From Gammaproteobacteria bacterium (GTDB lineage Bacteria > Pseudomonadota > Gammaproteobacteria > GCA-001735895): DNA of 64,000 nucleotides. The translations under genes and the position numbers were made by a program. How positions within the stretch are numbered: the first letter of the stretch is position 1; each line of letters opens with the position of its first letter. The notes under the pieces were generated by a model that saw only the letters and a list, made by a program, of their open reading frames with translations, was not told the DNA's origin and did no database searches. This document shows, piece after piece, positions 57,620 through 64,000 of this stretch. The DNA lies in NCBI GenBank assembly GCA_050298595.1, contig JBNKUM010000115.1, forward strand, positions 97,178-161,177, given 5' to 3'.

Positions 57620-59006
57620 AACAGGCTTCCTGTGTCGACAATTCCAGCCTGCGCTGCTTCACTTTATCAGCGAACATCGCTAATAACATAGCAAAAAATC
57701 CAGCAAAGGCTGATAAAAATACAACCAGTAGGATGAGTGTTTTATGTGTTAAACCTACAAGTCCCAGTGAAGGCACAGGCGGTGATACAATGCGGGTTTC
57801 ATTGTAGTTATCCAGCCTGGTCTTAATTTCTTTAATGGACTGACGCTGATTGGCGATATCATTTTCATAAGTGAATTTGATTTGTTCTACATCCAGCTTT
57901 GCTTTTTCCACCACCAGCTTTTGCTGGTCGATCTGTAAATTATTTTCAATCAACATCTGGTCATATTTTTGTTTCAGCACGTTGATTCGTTTTTCTATAT
58001 CAACAATTGCTAATTTATTGGCATCGATTTTGGACTGTACAGCAGCCTTTTCATTTTCCAGGGTCACATAATAGCGCTCTTCCAGGGTTAATAATCGATT
58101 GTGGTTTTGCTGGGATTCATTACTCAACATTAACAGGGACATTGCGCTTAATTGAGTGACTTCCTTTTGCGCAGCCTTACGGGCTTCACGATCTTCTTTT
58201 ATCTGTTGCGTCAGCTCAGTGAGATTTCTGGATATAATCTGCTTATTTTCTACAACGCGATCCACCTGTTGCTGTAACATCACCCCTGTTTTCTTGAGCA
58301 ATTCCAGTTCATGCTCACTGGAGGTGATTTGATTTTTAAACTCATCTTTCTTAATACCGAAGAAACTTTCATCCTGTAACCTTTTGAGCTTATCCTGTTC
58401 TGATTCCAGATGAATCTGTCTATCTTTTAACTCAATACTCAATAGCAGCGGGTTTTCCAGTTTTTTAAGTTTCAGTTGCGCCAGTTCCAGATCGGAAATC
58501 AATTTAGCCTGGAATGAATTCATCAATCGACGATGATCTTCTACAATTAGCTCAGCTACCTTTTGCTGAAATCCTGAAAATAACTGAACATTATCTTCCT
58601 TAACTTTATTGGTAATGGTTATAATCTCGCTACCCTTAGGATTTTCGGTTACTGTTTTAAAATTGCCAACAAGTTGATGTTTCATCACCCACTCACTGGT
58701 CAAAGCGGGTACGATAGAATTATTGACCTTGGATAATAAAGATTCAGCCGATTCCAGAGGAAATATTTTCCCTTCCTGAGCATAGGTACCAATTTGAACC
58801 ACTGTTACCAGTGATCGCTTTTCCTGAAACGTGAGAAACACAAACAAGGTCCCAACGATTAAGATCACCAAAAATACTGTTATAAAAACCTTACGATAAC
58901 CAACCAGAGATACCCATAGATCCACGAGATTAATTTCCTCTTCCTGAGGAGGATAGGGATAGGCCTGCATTGGATAACTCAGTGTTCCTCTGACTGGATC
59001 ATTCAT
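57609..59006 (-). CDS. Wzz/FepE-like polysaccharide co-polymerase with long coiled coil
   Basis: [12 protein letters not shown]1, long heptad region, Pro-rich VSPPVPS before TM2; no kinase domain. Confidence 0.8.
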   Translation of the reverse strand: MNDPVRGTLSYPMQAYPYPPQEEEINLVDLWVSLVGYRKVFITVFLVILIVGTLFVFLTFQEKRSLVTVVQIGTYAQEGKIFPLESAESLLSKVNNSIVPALTSEWVMKHQLVGNFKTVTENPKGSEIITITNKVKEDNVQLFSGFQQKVAELIVEDHRRLMNSFQAKLISDLELAQLKLKKLENPLLLSIELKDRQIHLESEQDKLKRLQDESFFGIKKDEFKNQITSSEHELELLKKTGVMLQQQVDRVVENKQIISRNLTELTQQIKEDREARKAAQKEVTQLSAMSLLMLSNESQQNHNRLLTLEERYYVTLENEKAAVQSKIDANKLAIVDIEKRINVLKQKYDQMLIENNLQIDQQKLVVEKAKLDVEQIKFTYENDIANQRQSIKEIKTRLDNYNETRIVSPPVPSLGLVGLTHKTLILLVVFLSAFAGFFAMLLAMFADKVKQRRLELSTQEACSEH

Positions 59007-59124
59007 TCAGGAAAATTTCCTTTCTCACTTGTCCGGTTATTTTACAATTTCAATAGAATATTATTTAAAAAAGTGACCTAACAACTAGCCATAGCTTATA
59101 TAGCGCAACATCCAGATAAATTCA

Positions 59125-60213
59125 TCAGATTTCTTCACGTCTTTGCTTGACCTTATCACTGAACATCGCGAGTAACATCGCAGCAAATCCTGCAAACGCC
59201 GCCAGAAAAACTACCAAAATGATCAAAGTAATACGTGTCAGACCCTGAGGCCCAAGAGAAGGTACAGGCTGAGCCACTACACGGGTACGATTATAGCTGT
59301 CAAGCTTAGATTGAATGCTATCAACCAGTCGTTGCTGTTGATCGATTGCAATCTGATGCTCACGCTGGATATCTTTAATCTGGACCCTACTACTTTCTAT
59401 TAAAGCCCTTAGCCCATCCTGCTGAATCTGGTTACTTAGCAAAACATCCTGATAGCGTATATTCAGCAATGACTGATTCAGTTTACCGCCACTGATAAAT
59501 AATTTACTTTGCTCATCATTTAAAGTGGTCAGAATCAAGTCCGTTCCACCCTGCTCAATCAACTTATAACTTTTGATCGTGTGCTCCAGCTTAGACTCAT
59601 TGTTTTTTTGTTGAAGAACGACCTTTTCCAGTTTTGAATTGAGCTCTTCAGGATCCTTTAATTGCTTCAATTTATCAACTGCTCGTAACAGTCCAGCTTT
59701 TAAATCTGATTGATAAAACGCAATTTTCTGGTCATGATCCTTGATCAACTCGTCAGTGAGTAAGCTCTGATAGTGGGTAAATAAAGCGATTTGCGCCTCC
59801 TTGATCTTGTTCTGAATCAGTATAATCTCGCTGCCTTTTGATGTTGAAATAGTCGTTTTAAACGAACCAAGCTCTGGATATTGAGCCCGGTATTGTGCAG
59901 TAATTTTGGGTACCAGCACATTAGATAATTTACTGATCATCGATTCTGGGGATTCCAGTTTTTGAATCGATCCGTCGCTGCCAACTGAACCAATTTCCAC
60001 CGCACTGTTCAACACATAGCGTTCATTAAACACAAACATGGCAAAAACCAGTCCGATGATCAGAAGTGAAATAAACACTCCAAAAAAAATCTTTCTGTAT
60101 TGAATAATGGCAATCCAGACATCCACTAGATTGATCTCATCCTCAGGATAACTTGTTTGAACATATTGGGGATAAATCGGTAGCAATTGCTCCTGTTTCT
60201 TGGCTTCATTCAT
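59125..60213 (-). CDS. Wzz/FepE-like polysaccharide co-polymerase (paralogue)
   Basis: EDEINLVDVW, TM1, coiled coil, VAQPVPS, TM2. Confidence 0.8.
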   Translation of the reverse strand: MNEAKKQEQLLPIYPQYVQTSYPEDEINLVDVWIAIIQYRKIFFGVFISLLIIGLVFAMFVFNERYVLNSAVEIGSVGSDGSIQKLESPESMISKLSNVLVPKITAQYRAQYPELGSFKTTISTSKGSEIILIQNKIKEAQIALFTHYQSLLTDELIKDHDQKIAFYQSDLKAGLLRAVDKLKQLKDPEELNSKLEKVVLQQKNNESKLEHTIKSYKLIEQGGTDLILTTLNDEQSKLFISGGKLNQSLLNIRYQDVLLSNQIQQDGLRALIESSRVQIKDIQREHQIAIDQQQRLVDSIQSKLDSYNRTRVVAQPVPSLGPQGLTRITLIILVVFLAAFAGFAAMLLAMFSDKVKQRREEI

Positions 60214-61538
60214 TAGCGACTCAATACTCCTCGAAGTGAATTATTTAAAGCCTCGGTGATGATCACCGGGGCAAACTGACCTATTAGCTCTTTAGGACCA
60301 GAAAAATTAACAACCCGGTTATTTTCAGTCCGCCCCGACAGCATTTCATCATCTTTTTTGGATAATCCCTCAACCAGAACAGATTGGGTTGTGCCTACCA
60401 TGTTCTGCGAAATTTCGGCCGCAAGCTGAAGAATGCGCGACTGCAGAATAGATAAGCGATTTTTTTTAACTTCTTCAGGCACATCATCAGCCATAAAAGC
60501 GGCTGGTGTACCTGGTCGTTGACTGTATATAAAACTGAATGAAGTATCAAACCCTATGTCCTCTATCAGTTTCATAGTGTGATCGAAGTCAATATCGGTC
60601 TCTCCAGGAAAGCCAATAATGAAGTCGGATGAAATGCTGATTTGTGGGCGAATTTTTTGTAACTGACGGATCTTGTGTTTGTATTCAAGCACCGTATGCC
60701 CACGTTTCATCTGCATCAGGATTCGATCTGAGCCGCTTTGCACTGGCAGATGGATATGACTCACCAGCTCTGGCACCTCGGTATAGGTCTGAATCAAACG
60801 ATCTGAAAATTCCACGGGGTGCGAGGTAGTAAAACGAATACGATCTATACCTTCTATCGCAGCCACATAATGAATCAGCAGAGACAGGTCAGCGATTTCA
60901 CCATCGTGCATCTGCCCGTGATAGGCATTTACATTTTGCCCCAGAAGATTGACTTCACGCACCCCCTGCTTTGCCAGGCAGGAAACTTCGGCAATTACAT
61001 CATCCAGTGGCCGATTGATTTCCTCGCCACGTGTATAGGGCACCACGCAAAAAGTACAATACTTGCTACACCCTTCCATCACGGAAACAAAGGCTTTTAC
61101 ACCATCTGATTTAGGCTCTGGCAGGTAATCAAATTTTTCTATCTCAGGAAAGCTGACATCAACTACTGGATGGTGCTGAGATTGCACCTCGGATAACATC
61201 TGCGGCAGACGGTGCAGGGTTTGTGGCCCAAACACCATGTCAACGTACGGGGCTCTCTGACGAATCGCATCCCCTTCCTGACTCGCAACACAGCCACCGA
61301 CACCGATCACCAGAGCTGGATTCTTCTGCTTGAGTTTTTTCCAGCGGCCCAGTTGCGAAAACACCTTCTCCTGGGCTTTCTCACGCACGGAGCATGTATT
61401 TAGCAATAAAACATCGGCGAATTCTTCTGAATCTGTTACCGACAGGCGACATTGTTGATTGAGTACATCCAGCATTTTGGCTGAATCGTATTCATTCATT
61501 TGACAACCGTGCGTCTTGATAAAGACTTTACCGCTCAT
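60213..61538 (-). CDS. miaB: tRNA-i6A37 methylthiotransferase
   Basis: [26 protein letters not shown] radical-SAM motif, TRAM domain. Confidence 0.98.
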   Translation of the reverse strand: MSGKVFIKTHGCQMNEYDSAKMLDVLNQQCRLSVTDSEEFADVLLLNTCSVREKAQEKVFSQLGRWKKLKQKNPALVIGVGGCVASQEGDAIRQRAPYVDMVFGPQTLHRLPQMLSEVQSQHHPVVDVSFPEIEKFDYLPEPKSDGVKAFVSVMEGCSKYCTFCVVPYTRGEEINRPLDDVIAEVSCLAKQGVREVNLLGQNVNAYHGQMHDGEIADLSLLIHYVAAIEGIDRIRFTTSHPVEFSDRLIQTYTEVPELVSHIHLPVQSGSDRILMQMKRGHTVLEYKHKIRQLQKIRPQISISSDFIIGFPGETDIDFDHTMKLIEDIGFDTSFSFIYSQRPGTPAAFMADDVPEEVKKNRLSILQSRILQLAAEISQNMVGTTQSVLVEGLSKKDDEMLSGRTENNRVVNFSGPKELIGQFAPVIITEALNNSLRGVLSR

Positions 61539-61622
61539 TGGAACCTGTATGTGAAAAAACGGGGAACATACACCCAGAGTATTGATTTATCCAGTAGATA
61601 TCACACTTTTTACGCTTTCGGG

Positions 61623-63035
61623 TCAATTACGGCCGTATTTATCTTCAAATCGAACAATATCATCCTCACCCAGATAAGAACCAGTCTGAATTTCGATCAA
61701 CTCTAGCGGTAATTTCCCAGGATTTTCCAATGAGTGGGTTTGACCAACGTGGATATAGGTAGACTCATTCTCGGTTAGAAATACCGCTTCATCCCCACGC
61801 TGTACCTTCGCAGTCCCTGACACCACGATCCAGTGCTCGGCGCGGTGATGATGCATCTGCAGGGATAACTTTGCGCCAGGTTTAACCGTAATGCGTTTTA
61901 CCTTGAAGCGCTCGCCTTCTTCTACCGAGTCAAAACAGCCCCAGGGGCGATACACCACTCGATGAAAATTCGCTTCTTCACGACTTTCCTTCTTGAGCCG
62001 ATCAACTATCTGCTTTACTTCCTGCGACTTACCCTTGCTTGCCACCATGACGGCATCCTTCGTTTCCACAATGATTAAGTCATCCACCCCAACGGCTGCC
62101 ACTAAACGACTTTCACTCATCGCCAGATTGTTATGAGCATCGAACAACATGACATCGCCATGAGTACTGTTGCCCTCAGCATCCTTTTCATTCACATCCC
62201 ATAGCGATGACCAGGAACCAATATCATTCCAGCCAGCATCCAGCGGTACCACCATCGCACGCGCAGTTTTTTCCATTACGGCATAATCGATAGAATCGGA
62301 AGGGCAGTTGGCGAAAACCTCGACATTTAATCGGATAAAATCAAGATCGGTAGATACCTCTTGCATAGAAGCTTTAGTAATTTCGGCTATTGTAGGCTGA
62401 TGGGCAGCAAGCTCCTGTAAATATTGAGTGGAGGTAAACATAAACATACCACTGTTCCAGAGATAATTTCCCGCTTGTAGATAACTTGTCGCGGTATGCG
62501 CATCAGGTTTTTCTACAAAACCATCTACCTTGTATACACTCTGGTCATCATCTTTATCAAACCTGATATACCCATACCCAGTTTCGGCCCGGACTGGAAC
62601 GATACCAAATGTCACCAGCGCACCAGCTTGAGCAGATTCAGCCGCCTGTAAAATGGCCTGTTGAAAGGCTTGCTGATCCTCAATAACATGATCCGCTGCC
62701 AGCACCAGAAGTATGGAATCCTGCCCATTTACAGCAAGATCATGATAGGCCGCCAGTGCAATTGCAGGAGCAGTATTCTTTCCCTCCGGTTCCAGGATAA
62801 TCTGTGGATGCTCAATACCAGTCTGACGCATCTGTTCAGCCACGATAAACCGATGATCTTCATTACAGACGACAATGGGCGTATTGATCTCCAGTCCATC
62901 CAGTCGTTTGACGGTTTCCTGTAACATGGTCAATTCAGCATGCAAATTGATAAACTGTTTGGGGTACATCTTGCGCGAAAGTGGCCATAAGCGAGTGCCT
63001 GATCCGCCAGACAAAATCACCGGGGTAATTTTCAT
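61623..63035 (-). CDS. manC: Mannose-1-phosphate guanylyltransferase / mannose-6-phosphate isomerase
   Basis: LSGGSGTRLWPLSR, EPEGKNTAPA, FVEKPD, cupin QMHHHRAEHW. Confidence 0.97.
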   Translation of the reverse strand: MKITPVILSGGSGTRLWPLSRKMYPKQFINLHAELTMLQETVKRLDGLEINTPIVVCNEDHRFIVAEQMRQTGIEHPQIILEPEGKNTAPAIALAAYHDLAVNGQDSILLVLAADHVIEDQQAFQQAILQAAESAQAGALVTFGIVPVRAETGYGYIRFDKDDDQSVYKVDGFVEKPDAHTATSYLQAGNYLWNSGMFMFTSTQYLQELAAHQPTIAEITKASMQEVSTDLDFIRLNVEVFANCPSDSIDYAVMEKTARAMVVPLDAGWNDIGSWSSLWDVNEKDAEGNSTHGDVMLFDAHNNLAMSESRLVAAVGVDDLIIVETKDAVMVASKGKSQEVKQIVDRLKKESREEANFHRVVYRPWGCFDSVEEGERFKVKRITVKPGAKLSLQMHHHRAEHWIVVSGTAKVQRGDEAVFLTENESTYIHVGQTHSLENPGKLPLELIEIQTGSYLGEDDIVRFEDKYGRN

Positions 63036-63088
63036 TCTTTAATATCCGAGTATTGAATTAAAAAAAGTTACCATACAAGCTGGCCTGA

Positions 63089-64000
63089 TTATTTAAAGTG
63101 ACTGGTTTCCCAATTCCAGGCATGCTGGACGATTACATCAAGGTCATCATTGACAGGCTCCCAACCCAGCTCAGATCTCGCCAAAGAAGAATCAGCTACC
63201 AAAACCGCAGGGTCTCCGGGTCGTCGCAGCTCAGAAACCACATCAAAATCTTTACCTGTGACTTTTTTTACGGCTTCTATCACCTCGATCACTGAATATC
63301 CGTTACCATTGCCCAGGTTAAATCGTCTACTACCAGAACCTTTGATCAGTTGCCCCAAAGCAAGAAGATGGGCGCTACAGAGGTCGACAATATGGACATA
63401 GTCACGAACACAGGAACCATCTGGAGTTGAATAATCCTGCCCAAAGATAGAGATTTTATCCCGACGCCCCGATGCAGCCTGCAAAATCAGCGGAATCAAA
63501 TGAGTTTCGGGATTATGTCTTTCACCCAGCTCACCTTCGGGGTCAGCACCGGCAGCATTAAAGTAACGTAGACAAACCGATTGCAGGCCATAGGCTTTTT
63601 CATAATCATCTAACGCCTGCTCAACCATCAACTTACTTTTGCCGTAAGGATTAATCGGATTTTCAGGATGATTTTCATCGATGGGTGTATATTCCGGTTC
63701 ACCGAAGATTGCTGCAGTAGATGAGAAAATAAAACACTTAACCTTATGGCGAACCATAGCATCAAGCAGATTCAGGGTATTGGCAAAGTTGTTACGGAAA
63801 TATTTAGCTGGATCTCGTACTGATTCACCCACCTCAATGAAGGACGCGAAATGCATAACACCATCAAACTCGTTACTCGAAAAAACGCTGTCCAGAAATT
63901 CTGAATTTGAAATATCCCCTTCAACAAAATCACCATATTTGACTGCGTCACGATAACCCGTAGATAGATTATCCAGCGTCACAACATGATGACCAGTTTT
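63089..64000 (-). CDS. galE: UDP-glucose 4-epimerase (5' end outside the window)
   Basis: Frame open to the window edge (KTGHHVVTLDNLSTG); HFAS, SSTAA, YGKSK, LRYFNAAGA, RDYVH. Confidence 0.95.
   Translation of the reverse strand, partial: KTGHHVVTLDNLSTGYRDAVKYGDFVEGDISNSEFLDSVFSSNEFDGVMHFASFIEVGESVRDPAKYFRNNFANTLNLLDAMVRHKVKCFIFSSTAAIFGEPEYTPIDENHPENPINPYGKSKLMVEQALDDYEKAYGLQSVCLRYFNAAGADPEGELGERHNPETHLIPLILQAASGRRDKISIFGQDYSTPDGSCVRDYVHIVDLCSAHLLALGQLIKGSGSRRFNLGNGNGYSVIEVIEAVKKVTGKDFDVVSELRRPGDPAVLVADSSLARSELGWEPVNDDLDVIVQHAWNWETSHFK

Overview
Mostly core chromosome of a Gammaproteobacterium (roughly mid-40s % GC). Recognisable blocks are sspB-sspA-petCBA, nif3/degS, hisDG-murA, an mla lipid-transport operon, fabA-yrbG-kdsDC-lptCAB-rpoN-hpf-ptsN-hprK-rapZ-EIIA-HPr, mgtE, pdxH, mltF-pyk, tldD-nitrilase-yhdP-rng-maf-rlmH-rsfS-nadD-proA-holA, lptE-leuS-lnt-corC-ybeY-phoH-miaB and manC-galE. 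There are no rRNA, tRNA, CRISPR arrays or intact transposases that I can see. The unusual parts are insertions into otherwise conserved operons. (1) A TolC-family outer-membrane protein sits between mlaD and mlaC. (2) A ~5.3 kb insert splits lptE-holA. It carries an orphan Sel1 / PpkA-periplasmic-like vWA / TagT-TagS-like ABC module, followed by two tandem unannotated CsrA/RsmA-binding-type sRNA candidates whose GacA-box-like promoters are exactly 270 bp apart. (3) Two paralogous long coiled-coil Wzz-like proteins split miaB-phoH, and phoH appears to start at a CTG. There is also a MITE-like hairpin, a perfect 34-bp palindrome and a further sRNA candidate upstream of pyk. All family assignments come from reading motifs and synteny by eye; no database searches were run.
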